DNA from: Eledone cirrhosa
Taxonomy: Eukaryota
NCBI GenBank assembly: GCA_964016885.1
Contig: OZ024741.1
Span: 196,416,001 to 196,480,000 of the forward strand
Length of the DNA stretch: 64,000 nucleotides
Direction of reading: 5' to 3'
Shown: piece after piece, positions 25,261 to 37,399 of the stretch
How positions within the stretch are numbered: position 1 is the first letter of the stretch
Layout: every line of letters starts with the position of its first letter
Made by a program: the position numbers and the translations under genes
The notes under the pieces: model-generated
The model's input: only the letters and a program-made list of their open reading frames with translations
What the model was told of the DNA's origin: nothing
The model's database searches: none

Positions 25261-27540
25261 AAAGACAAAGAAACAATATTTTTGTTATTCTTGTGATGGT
25301 TTTAGTCTTTTAACAACAGCTATGCTGGAGCATTGCCTTCAAGAGTTGTAATGAATCATATCGACTCCAGTACTGATCACAGTCTGGTACTTATTTTATT
25401 GGAAAACTAAGGTTACAGTCTATGCCGTAAAGGGATGCAACTTCAGATGCCATTTTAAACAGGTAAACATGAACACATACACAATGAAAGAATCACACAC
25501 AAACATATACATATGTCTTAACCAGGTAACTATCTATCACCTTCCTACCCACCTTGCTCTAGTTCTCTTACATCATCCTGCCTTCTATCTGCCAGGGATG
25601 ATCAAATCTCTGGTGCTGGTAAATTAATGAAGAGAGACAATATAGGGCAGAAAGGGCTTTTTAGTATTGCCAAGGACATAACACCATCTAGTGTTGGTGC
25701 CATAATAAAATCTACTCAGTGTAATTGGCAATAAGGGCATCCAGCCATAAAAACCATGCCAAAAATGGAACAAGGTGTAGGTTTTTGATTTCTCTAAGAG
25801 AGCAGTAATTCCAAATAAGAATTGACTTGATCTGTGACAACCCATCTAACTCATACCAGCATGATGATGTTAATATATATATATATCTTCAGTACAGACT
25901 TGGTCTATGTAGACTTGTCTAACCCTTGCTAGCAGGGAAAGCAGACATTAAATGATATATTTGTGTGTCTATATATATATATATATATTCCTCCACCCAG
26001 AGGAACTCAGGAGAGTCAACAGCCATCCAATAAAGATGTTTTTTTTTTTTTTGTGGAGCAAGAGACTCATAGACTTCATTGAGACATCTCTCTAGGAGAA
26101 GGTCACTCTGATATAAAACCTGCGACTTCATTTGCATCCAATGATGTAGATCAGTTCTTCTTTTTGGGCAAATGCATTTGATGTTCAGTGGATGGGATTG
26201 GCCCCATGCAAACCCTTTCCTCACTTAAAAAAGCTTCAAGCACATTTTTTGCGGTGCATGGCATTGTTGGTCAAGTCCCTAGCAGGACTAAAAAGCTATG
26301 TCCGTGATGCTTATGTTTTAAGTGATGGCATTACTTGAAATTGAGTTGCAACCATCTTATATATGTGTATGTATGTATATATATATGTATGTATCTATTA
26401 CTAACTATAGCCGTCATTCTCAATCAAGTATGACTTGGTGGTATGTACCATGCTTTTAGGTGTTCATGTAGTCACAAAGAGACACAGAAGCCCTCTTGAC
26501 CCTCACTCACTTGATCCAACAAAACATCCAGGATGTGACAGCTGGAATGGTTGAAAGGTTAAGTGGACTTCAGCAGAATTTGAACCCAGAATGCAGGGAC
26601 ATGAAACAAATAACCAATGTTCTAACAACTTTGCCAAATCAACTGCCATACACATAAATGGGCTTCAGCAAAGTTTTCATTTACAAAACTTCTCTTACAT
26701 AGCATTGGTCAGCCTGAGGCTTCATTTTATAAACACACACATTAACATATTATATATTTATATACAATTTAAACTACAGGCCATTCCTTTCATTAACTGT
26801 ACTCTGGAGATCAAATCAATTTCAACACCAGTAGTACTGCTGCCTCCAGCTGTGCTGTGTAGTATTTATGCTACAAGACATACAAGAACTAAAAGGTTCT
26901 TTTGGTTTACATCATAGCATTCTTTCTTCTCATCCATGCAGCTGCCTCATCAAACCAATGGCAGCTGCAACTACATAACTATTATTTTGTTATAATATTT
27001 GCTGAGGAATATATTTTCCACTCAGAGTTTGTTATTTTCTTTCACATACATTTACTATATTCATGATGAAGATCCCTCTCTCTATATCTCTTTACAGTTT
27101 ACTGTTCTGCTACTCCTCCCAAGTCCAGTATTAGTTAGGTAATAGTTATGGTTCTCACTACAAATCCATGAATTCCCACCTTCACTGGAAGCACCAATGC
27201 TGCTATCCCCAAGGTACCGTTAACTCCACAGTTGAGACTTTCTTTATCAGATCAGACAATGCTATAATATTGGGGTGTTGCTTCATTATTGCAGTATCTG
27301 TTGGGAACACAAAAGCTTGTTTGAGACACAACTGCATCTTTCAAAACTTTGGGTCAATGCCTTAGTTTTCTTTTGCTTATGCTCTTGCATTGCTTTTTCT
27401 TACTTTCCTTGTCGAAAATAACTAGATGCATCTTGTTGATTTTTATTACATTATATCTCTTTCACTCCCTCCATCACCCCCTCTCTATATTTATATATCT
27501 ATAACTTCTTGTGTGCATATATTTAATGCATTTATGTTAA

Positions 27541-27872
27541 GGCACATGGCTTAGTGGTTAGAGCATTGGGCTTGCAATCGAAAGGTTGTGAGATCAATTC
27601 TCAGACCGGGTGATGTATTGTTTCCTTGAGCAAGACACTTTATTTCACATTGCTCCAGTTTACTCAGCTGTAGAAATGAGATGATAGGGACTGGGGTCCA
27701 TATCATTCCACTGCAAAGTGGTCGTGGAGGTGCCACAGCAAAAAAGCACCCAGCACTCACTGTAAATGAGGTTGGTGTTAGGAAGGGCATCCAGCTGTAG
27801 AAATCAAGCCATAATCAGTTCCCATCCCACCCTTGCAAGCAGGGAAAAGCGGATGTATGATGATGATGATGT
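27541..27872 (+). mobile_element. Full-length tRNA-derived SINE with RTE-type tail
   Basis: ggcacatggcttagtggttagagcattgg head, ccttgagcaagacacttt core, ggaagggcatccagctgtagaaa...(gat)n tail. Confidence 0.85.
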
Positions 27873-27897
27873 GGGTGGGTGTATTTATATATATATA

Positions 27898-28327
27898 TCA
27901 TCATCGTTTTATGTCCTTCCACGCTAACATGGGTTAGACGGGTTGTCCTGTTGTGTGCAGTAGCCGGTCGGCTGACCATGTCTTGCTCATACAGGAACTG
28001 ATTCTGGCTTGATTTCTACAGCTGGATGCCCTTCCTAACACCAACCTCATTTACAGTGTGGGCTGGGTGCTTTTTTTCCGTGGCGCCTACATGTCCACTT
28101 TACAGTGTCGGCTGGGTGCTTTTTTGCAGTGTGGGGGCATATTGTCTATATGCTTCAGCTTCAGCTTGTACCTGTGGGGGGGGGGGGGGGGTCTGGTCTT
28201 CTGTATTACTGCGTGACGCCAGAGGTCATGGTCGTGTGTCATCACATTTGAGAGGTGTAATTGGTTAAGGTTGGCTTTTATCACCTCATCCCAGGTCGTC
28301 TTGGGTCTCCCCACTCCGCAACTTCCA
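27898..28327 (-). mobile_element. RTE LINE 3' fragment
   Basis: GRPKTTWDEVIKA plus a 3' UTR closely matching 9096-9510. Confidence 0.85.
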
Positions 28328-28789
28328 TATATAAAGCATATATATATATATATATATTGGTGGTGAGAGCTGATCTCAAATCACTGAAACTCACGGGGGT
28401 GATGAAGGAACGCTACGTGTGACAGGAAACTATACAGCAAAAGACCCATGTCCAAACCCATGCAAGCGTGGAACATGGACTTTAAACGATGATGATGATG
28501 ATGATGCAAGGATGTTTTAAATTTTATGTTACCAGAACATGCTCTTGTGATACACAGCTGACACATTTCTTAAAATTGTCAATCCAATCCTTCCCTCTCA
28601 TTTCCAGTTTTGAATCTGCCACTCCAACAGCTGTTTCTCTTTCACTTCATTTCCTTCCTGTCAACACTTATTGGCTTGGTTACACAAACAGTAGCCTCTA
28701 CACAGAATCCTGAAGCATTATGTGACAAGTTTTTGCTACTTTAAACTCTTCCCCAACAATGTTAAATCAGCTGAAGCTTTGCAGATGTA

Positions 28790-28945
28790 TAAATGAGCAC
28801 AAACTCTTTTCATAATACATCCACTTTATTTGTATCAATAAATGATGGACATCTGAAACAGATGAAAAGCACTATTAGGAATAAATAGTATCAGAACGCT
28901 ATAACATGTTTTGCATATTGTCACACAATGATATATAATCCTCTA
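28790..28945 (-). repeat. 3' LTR of the gypsy element
   Basis: Direct repeat of 33411-33566 with 3 substitutions; adjacent polypurine tract GGAGGGGGA on the minus strand (28946-28954). Confidence 0.92.
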
Positions 28946-31900
28946 TCCCCCTCCAAGTAATTGGTATATTCACTGAGATATATAGCAAGGATTTAAGACT
29001 AGAGTCAGATATGAGAATAAACTGAATGTTTTGAACACAGTGACATCCTGGCCAGGTGGGAGCAATTAACGTCAATAGAAACAATAACACAAACCGAAAG
29101 GAGAAGGGCGATCACTGGGCAGACTACCCTCAGGCCCGGGGATTATTCTGCCCCAATCACTTGCACATAATCACTGAGCCAGGTGGGCTCCTTCTTGGCC
29201 CGGGAGGAGTGTCTTACTGTTAGTTCCTGTGTGTTGGTCAGGGAGGGTGCTGTGGTAGGTGTGCTACTTGTTTTGAATGTAGTGTGGTAGGCTAGGGGAC
29301 GTAACTCTGGTGGCTGGATGTCAAGCGTTGTCAGGTTGGGTGATGGTGTCATTTGTAGATCTGTAGGGTTTTGAGGAGCTTTGGTGATGTCCTTTGCGAG
29401 CAGGGACTCCTGAATAAATGGTTGGCGGAGTGAGAAAGACATACCTTGTTGTCTTTGTTGGGATCGATGGGGTAAGTCGTTTGATAAGGTGATCTGTGCC
29501 CTCGGTGGATGAACAGCGTTGTACTTTCTTAGAAATTTCCGGTTTCGAAGGGCCACTCTGCCTGATCCATTCACGTGTATGACATACTGATCAAACTAAC
29601 GAACTTCAATCACACAGCCTATTTTGTCCCATTTTAACGGCTGAGGGCCTGTTTGATTTTGTATTCGCACAAGATCTCCAATGACAAGGGTGGTTATCGC
29701 TTGGTGTGTTCTGCAATCTTCATGTGCCTGTTTCTGAGGGCATCTCTCAAGGCAAGTGTGTCACGCCAGGTGTCATGAGGCTTGTAGCGGCCGGGAAGAA
29801 TTGGGATGAAATCCTTAATAGGTCTACCAAAGACACCCATCGCAGGGGATAACTTGGTGTCTCTGTCTGGGGTGTTTCTGTATTGCAGCATGGCGCGTTG
29901 CAGTGAGTCCGTGTCTAACTCGCCGTTGGGTCTCGTGTTGTCTGTAATGAGACGTTTCACAGTTTTAACACCGACTTCTGCCTGACAGTTGCTGTGGGGG
30001 AAGGTGACTGAAGAGAGTCGATGATGGACACCCCAGTTTTTCAAGAAACCTCTAGCTGTAAACTCAGGGCCACCATCTGAGGACAGTTTGTCTGGAATTC
30101 CAAAAGTAACAAATGTACGGCGTAGACTGTCAATTAGGCCTTTGGCACCTTCCCGAGATCTGTCAACAATGACCAGATAGTTCACCCCTTTGTAGTGGAA
30201 GTAGTCAGCGCAAATGCACTGGAAGGGATAAACAGGGTATACTGGTGGGGTAGGTGGAGCACATGGTTGAGACGGTGCCATCCGATTGCAGTGGGCACAT
30301 GTATTCCTGAGCTCTGTGATTGCTGTTGTAATTCCAGGCCAGAAGACAGACGATTCGGCCCTTGACATCATAGAAGATATGCCTTGGTGGGCGGAGTGGA
30401 GTGCTGTTAGAACGTTGTGATGGTGGGATGACAATGCGGTCTTTGTAGAGAGCCACGCCGTCCACTGAGTGTAGGTGCTCTCGGAATTGATGATATTCAC
30501 GAATGGCGTGCTAAGGCGGTCCTCTGGCAGCCCTGTTTCTATCATATCCACTAGTTTAGTCAGGTTTTCATCCCTGTTGGTGGCTTGAACTTTGTCCCAA
30601 GTGATTGATTGGAGAGAGTTGATGGATGACACGGCTGAGAGGAAAGTAGAATCTTCGATTGGGTTATCTGGTTTGTCACCCTGTCTTATGGAGGCGAGTA
30701 CGAGTTTCTGAATTGATGGCTGCTGAATCCTCTGGTATCATCTTGTCTCCAGGGTCACTTGGGTGTCGAGATACAGCATCAGCAGCTCGGTGTCTTGCTC
30801 CGGGAATATGGATCATCTTGAAGGTGTAGGAGACTTGATTGATGAGACCAAACCAAGAGCGCATGTCGAAGATGTTGGTTGGTGTGGGGAAGTCAATGAT
30901 GGCCTGGAGGTATTTTTTGCACGGTCTGACGCTGTTGCATGAGATCTCGAAGCATGCAAATTCGACTGTGTCCTTGGCAAAGACAAATTTCTCTGGGTTT
31001 AAGGTTATTTCGTTTCTGCCGCAGAGGTCTAGCCATTCACAGGCACGGAAGAAGCTATCTTCAATGTTGTCAGACCACAGCAAGTTGTCGTCGATGCATT
31101 TAGTCTTGTTCTGTATGTCAGAGATGATCTCATCGAATCTCCTTGTGTATCCATCACCTGACGCAATGTAGCCTTGGGGGGCAGTCAGGTAGCGGTATCT
31201 TCCCCATGGCGTGATGAATGTGGTTAAGTGTTTGTCTTCATCACAGATTGGTATACTGTGGTAGCCGTTCCAGGCATCAAATACAGTTTTCTTCTTGTCT
31301 GATGATACCGAGCGTGCTTGGTGGAATAGGGATTGTGTGTGGTGGGTCTCCCTTATTGCATGGGCATTGAGGGCCTGGAAATCCACGGTGCGGCGAGGTT
31401 TACCATTTTTCTTTGGGCAGACAACCATCCTATGGCACCAAGTGACAGGTTCGATCACACCCAGTTGGACATCTTGGTCGAGGCCGGCCTTGACTGCCTC
31501 TCGCCAGTGGAGCGGCACTGGTATTGGAGTGTGATGAGCTATAGATGTGGCATTGGGATCCACCATCAGTTTCATAGGGAGGCCTTCCATAAGGGGAAGG
31601 GGTTGGTGTTCGCAGGTATTGAATGTGCTTGATTTGTACCAATCAAGAAGGTAGCGCTCAAATTTCTCGCGATTTTCCTCTCTTGCAGGGTAGGGTAATT
31701 TGGTTGGCAGGGATGGTGGCAGTGTTCGTCTTGGGCATTCACATTCCACTTTGTCTTGGTCCTGTAATTGATGTGTTTGGTTGTCACCTGAGGATGCAGC
31801 TGCATTCACACTACCACTGACCTCGCCGATAGTTGGAAAGTTATCTGTGATCATCCCAAGTGAGATGCATCCCTCTTTACTGAGGAAGAACTTGTCTGTG

Positions 31901-33410
31901 ATGTATACAAGTTGGCAAGTTTCGATCAGTTCACCAGTGGAGTCTTGACCTGAAAGGTGGACAACGACGGCTCCAAGGATGGGGATGCCTTTATTGTTCG
32001 CAGCATCCTCAGTGTTACTGGGATGAGGTCAGAGGTCTTGAGTCCAAGCTTGTGCAGGACCTTCACCCCGGCAAGACAGCTCTGGCAGCCTGTATCAGCC
32101 ATGGCAAAGAGTGGGCTTGTCTTGAGTTTGGATTTAAGGATGTGTCCAAAGCTGAGTTGATGGTAATCTTCATGTAGGACCTTCATTGTCAGTTGGATAA
32201 AGGGTTGAGGTTGAGATGACTGCCTTGTCCATGTATTTGATAGTTGATCGTGTATGTGATGGGCCAAGGTTATGGACTTGTGATCTCGCTTGTATACTAA
32301 ATGACTTGCTGCGCATGGGGAATCAAAGATGGCACCCTCGTGTTCTCTAGAGGTCTTGGAGGGCACTTCCCGCTTGGATCTGTCCTTGCTGCGACAAACT
32401 GACTCAAAATGGTTTTGTCTGGAACAGTAGGAGCATGTGTGACCGTACGCAGTACACTCCTTACCTCGGACCCTTGGTGGTGCTCGTGTACCATGTCCTC
32501 TCTTACCGCAGTAGATGCAGGTCTCTTTCTGGAGGTTCGATCCCTTGGGCTGGTCTGGTGGGGTCTTCTTGTTATAACGGTAGCTACTGCCGCTAGCCTG
32601 GGCACCCTAGGTATCAAGTAGGCGTGACGCTGATCTCTTACCGGCCTCCTTAGTTTCAACATATTTATATACTTTCTCGAGGCTCATATACTGGTTTTTA
32701 TCTCCGAGGAGGTCAAGCTGGATTTCAGAGTCATTAAGTCCACGAGTGAGTACGTCACAAACGATTGCTTCAGTGTAGTTCACTTCCTGATGGCAGCCCG
32801 GACATGCTGTGACAAATTTGCAGACACCTACTTGTCCCTTAAGTCTAGCACCAAATGAGCGGACAGTCTCGTCATGCTGTGAAGAGTGACGCAAGCAACT
32901 ATGGTGTTTTCCTCTCTGACAGCAAGGGCTCGAATGGCCTTGAGGACATCAGCTTGGGTTTTGTCTGTCAGTGTGCCACCAGCGGTTCTTGTTAAGTCTA
33001 CGTAGTGTCTCGTCACAGCACTCAAGGAGTTGTACAATGAGGTCTTTACCTGCAACTTTAGTTGCCTCGACGTAATCCGTCCATCTTGAGATAAAGTAGG
33101 ACCAGTCCTCGCTTGTACCTTCGGAGGAGATGCTAGGCCGCTTGACCCGTTCGACTTTGGCAGAGATGCTGGGGTTGTAGTGTGGACTGTTGAGTGTGCA
33201 GTTTGCAGTGCAGCCATCACTACAGGCTTGAGGTCTTCTGTCTCAAAATCACAGTGTGGGGTAGGGCACTTCACTATAGGCATCTTTCACATTAAATTAT
33301 ACGAAACGAAGTCTTAACGGTTGCGCGCACAAATTCAAATTTCACCTATATAAATAAACTTTGGTCTTAGAATAACTTCTCTGTAAAGTATAAATTGACG
33401 ATGTCCATCA

Positions 33411-33566
33411 TAAATGAGCACGAACTCTTTTCATAATACATCCACTTTATTTGTATCAATAAATGATGGACATCTGAAACAGATGAAAAACACTATTAGG
33501 AATAAATAGTATCAGAACGCTATAACATGTTTTGCATATCGTCACACAATGATATATAATCCTCTA
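33411..33566 (-). repeat. 5' LTR of the gypsy element
   Basis: Direct repeat of 28790-28945; followed on the minus strand by TGA-TGGACATC (possible PBS). Confidence 0.92.
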
Positions 33567-36269
33567 ATGTATAATATAACCCATTTCTTGTAAAGCATGG
33601 CAGGAGTCCCAGCCACTTTTCCATTCTCTCTATCCTTCTCAACAGTATCTCATGCACTTGGTGTAGCTAAGGAGGCTCAGCAAAAAGCAATACTGATAAC
33701 TCTTTATGTTGAATTTTCTTGTTGAACCATAGTAGTCAATGTCAGTTAGTTCCCGTCTCAGCTAGGCCTTGATCTCAAAACTCATTTTCACATCATTTAA
33801 GGGAACTGCATAGATCAACCAAGGATTCTAATTATATTTCACTTGATCACTGCTGTCGGACTTTTCTTGGCTTTGGTATGGAGTTGGCATTATTGGAATA
33901 GCTCATTCACCTGGGTTAGGAGAGTTTTTTGGCTCTTCTTGTTTCCAATATGGTAGTGATGCCATCCATAAACACTTTTAGTGGAGGGAATACTAGATGT
34001 TTTTCAAATTTCATTCCTTGCCATTAGTTTCTTGAATCTCTCAATACCAATTCTATAGCCATCATGGAAAGGAGAGCAGATAATGTACCCCATCATGATG
34101 CCTATCTCCAGTGTATTCCACTTGTTCATAAGTTCTTTTGTGGTAGATTTCCTGAATACTGAGTTCATTTATGCACCCTAGAATGGCCCCCTCCTCCCTC
34201 TCAAGAAAAACTAATTTCTTTAGTGTCCATACATGGGGATCAGTTCCGTATGTATTTGATAAGTCATGTCAACCGACCTGATAGTTCTTTTTTCTTGTTC
34301 TTAGCATGCTGAATTGAACAAATTATTTGAGCATGTTCAAGGCAACTTGGAAATCCCATGACTGATTCTCTAAATTGATGTGTCTATAAATTCATTCAGA
34401 ACTCCTTGCCAGCACTCCATAAAACACCTTACCCTCCATCTTAAGTGGGTATATAGAATGGGACTGGACATTTGATACACAAACAGACCTCTGCGAGAAG
34501 CTTTCTAGTAGAAGTTAGTATTAATGAATCCTCTTTCTGTAATTCAGAGTTGGAAATCGAGGAGAGAGATGAACTATCACTGGAATATTTCATATCAAAG
34601 TCTGTGTGGTCATTGATAACTATTGAATGTGTCAAATATATTATCTTCCTCCTCACAAGAAATAAGCATGAAACTTATCCACATGTTCTGAGAAGAAAGT
34701 AAAGGAGTATGAGATGTTAAGCATGCTGCATTCTAGTTGATGCATATATGTGATGGTTTAGAACTGCCAATATCAAGTGCTTACAAACAGTGATAAAGTA
34801 TAAGAGCTACCCAGTGTCCTTTGCTAGAGACTATCCTAATAAGATTAACACTTCCAGTGGAAGCGCTTCTTTTTTAAACCTACCTCACCTAGATGATAGA
34901 ATCACTGCTGGTGATCCTTTGGGAATGACTGCATATGCAGATGCTGCATTCTGGGTATTCCTTCAGAAAATATCTATCTAAAAATTGGCTCTCACTCAGC
35001 ATCAATTTATGCACACTACTAGTAATCGCTTGATCCATAATTGGGATATGTGTTTACAATCATATATGGTGTGCATAACATGTAATAAATTTGGCAGTTT
35101 TTACATTAGTAGCACTATTTGCACACTATGAATGTATGGACGCATAACTCCTGTTGTAGTCTTTGGGCTGCTCTCATTATATACAGCATATCTTGGACAC
35201 TTTAAATCTGGCAGAACCCATCCACTCTCCATGTTGGAACACAACCGATTTCTTCCAGAGAAAGAGAGAGGGGATGTAAGAAAGAATCTACCTCAGTACT
35301 AAACTGATACTTTTTTTATCGACCTCGAAAGGATCAATAGGAAAGTTAAACTGAGAGCGAGAACCAAAACAAATACTGCAAAGCAGTCTATCCAATGTTC
35401 TAACTCTGCCTATTCACCACCTATTTACATACTGCATGTCCACATAAAAAAACATATTTTGTGAAGACATCTTGTCTTAGAAAATATGTAGTGAGATGAA
35501 AATCAGGACATCATGGTCACCTCAAAACCACGATTAAATATGCCATTCTTATTAAGTAATTAAAGCCCATCATCAGCAATATATAAAGAGTTGTATTATG
35601 CTAATTAATTAAGTTAATACAACTGTCTACATATCACCCCTCTCCTCCATTTCCCCACATGTCTGTGCAGATGAGAGCTAAATTCAGTTTAGATTTTTCC
35701 TTCCTAAGGTCTTCCTATTGTAATATAAGATAAAAGTGCAAACCTTTGTCTTTGTTCCTTTATTTTTAACTTGCATGATAGTGGCTCTTTAAATCACTTT
35801 TAATTCTATTTCACAATGCTATAAATTTAACACTGATGTTTGTATATATTTTAATGGAAAATAAAACGATATAAATAATTCAATGAGTTGAAATATTCTT
35901 AGAGGAAATTTATGCTTCATTTATGAATTTTGACAAATATATTTTAATAATTTTTTGTACTTCATATGAGTTACCTGCCCCCTTAAAAGAGCTATTTTAT
36001 ATCATCATATAAGATAGAAAAGAATGTATTATACTATTGTATTTCAAAGCTGACAAGGGAAGTTTTTTTTATTGGTATTTTTAATATGAGGTTTGAAATG
36101 TTGAAGTTCTGTCTATTCAAGAAATAAATGGAAGGAAAGAAAATTTCACAGGGCTGTGATTATATATGTGTGTGTTATACTGTAATTATAACTGTCTAGT
36201 CATATGTGGCTTTGAAGTGGACACTTTTTTAGGCCTTGTGGTTGAATAGACAAATTATGGTTTCTCCTT

Positions 36270-36800
36270 TAGACAGAAGGCCAGCAATTTGAGAAGGTAA
36301 GCTGATTAAATCAATCCCAGTATTTGACTCCAGAAAGATGAAAGACAAAGTTGACCCCGGCAGGATTTGAACTCAAAATGTAAAGCATCAGAACAGATAC
36401 AACAAAGCATTTTGTCCAATTCTATCAATCCACTGACCATTGGATAGGCAAATGTTTTCTACATTTGGCACAAGGCCAGCAATTTGAAGGAAAGAGGAAA
36501 ATCTATTAAATCGACCTCACTACATTACTGGTACTTTATTTTATTGACCCCGTAATGATGAAAGGCAAAGCTAACCTCAGTGGGATTTCAACTCAGAACC
36601 TAAAGAACTTTAACTACATGTTGCAATGCATGCCATTTGACACTTTATTAATGCTGCCAATCTACTGTTTTGAATAGGCAAATAATTGTTTCTACTTTAG
36701 GCACAAGGCCAGCAATAACCCAGTGCATTACTGGTACTTTATTTTATCGACCCCGTAAGGATGAAAGGCAAAGTCAACCTTGGTGGGATTGAATAGGCAA
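36270..36800 (-). repeat. Tandem cluster of three SINE-like units
   Basis: aaggccagcaa...actggtactttattttatcgacccc...gatgaaaggcaaagt..acc...ggattt repeated three times; same family on + at 8440-8620, 45460-45600 and 57190-57510. Confidence 0.75.
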
Positions 36801-37079
36801 ATAATAAAAACCAATCAAGTTTTACTTTGTGTGGAGGATGAGTAACCAAAGAAAAAAATTCATCTATTTCTTCACTCCCTCTCACACCTTGAGACATTAC
36901 ACAATTCTATTTGCCAACAGACACTCCTTTTATCTCCTCTTAAAAACAGACACAGATATGCTCTTTGACTCTGCAGATGTCATTTCCATTTTTCTCTCTC
37001 TTTTACATGCCCATGTTCTATATCTGCCCTCACATTACACAATTTTATTTACTTATTTGCATATTTATTGGGGCAGAGT

Positions 37080-37340
37080 CCTCAATTACACTTTCCAGTG
37101 GATCCTGCCAGAAGCAACCATCCCCAATTGATCCAGTTGGATCCCCAAGTGAGACCCAGCCGATCTCATGGATGTTATCCACTCATCTTGCTCAGGGTCT
37201 CTTGCTGGTTGGTTTTGCTCATAATATCTGCCTAGCAATTCCTTCCAGAGACATTTTGATCACGTGTCCATATCGGAGCTGTGATCTCTCAATTCGGAGA
37301 AATAATTAGTCTCTGACCTCCAAGCTATGCACCCTATCAA
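37080..37340 (-). mobile_element. Fragment of a second LINE family (RT C-terminus/3' end)
   Basis: cagaagcaaccatccccaattgatcc..gagatcacagctcc shared with 49560-50250 (+) and 6241-6350 (+). Confidence 0.6.
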
Positions 37341-37399
37341 GTAATGTTAATAATTTTCCTCCATGCAAAATATAAACAAGGGAGAATTTCTCTTAAAAA

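Larger units (their letters stand above)
28790..33566 (-). mobile_element. Ty3/gypsy LTR retrotransposon, non-autonomous
   Basis: Order gag (33283-32300), protease (MADTGCQS), RT (DAWNGYHS, FITPWGRY, KCIDD), integrase (HSAHQG..C..C, DYF, SDGG, AEVGVK); 156-bp LTRs, PPT, flanking atgta duplication; many frameshifts. Confidence 0.95.
27050..34950 (-). mobile_element. Decayed HERO/NeSL-type (R2 group, RLE) non-LTR element split by later insertions
   Basis: Minus-strand remnants GFPSCLEHA, DLSNTYGTDPH, GIMMG, FMDGIT (33600-34400); KWLGLLPCFTRNGLYYTSAKLQL across the gypsy site; EEFKVAK, TGRK*S, CQLC..EHVL (28520-28785); RLE motifs HPNII, ELTVPW, PVKVG.HGF (27130-27290). Boundaries approximate. 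Confidence 0.8.

Noticed and set aside
27541-27615. tRNA gene
   Set aside because: Has A/B boxes but continues into a SINE body and tail and is multicopy; no clean cloverleaf
29143-29574. env-like extra ORF in the gypsy element
   Set aside because: SGRVALRNRKFLR and RHSSRAKKEPTWLSDYV are the usual integrase C-terminal tail, separated by stops and frameshifts
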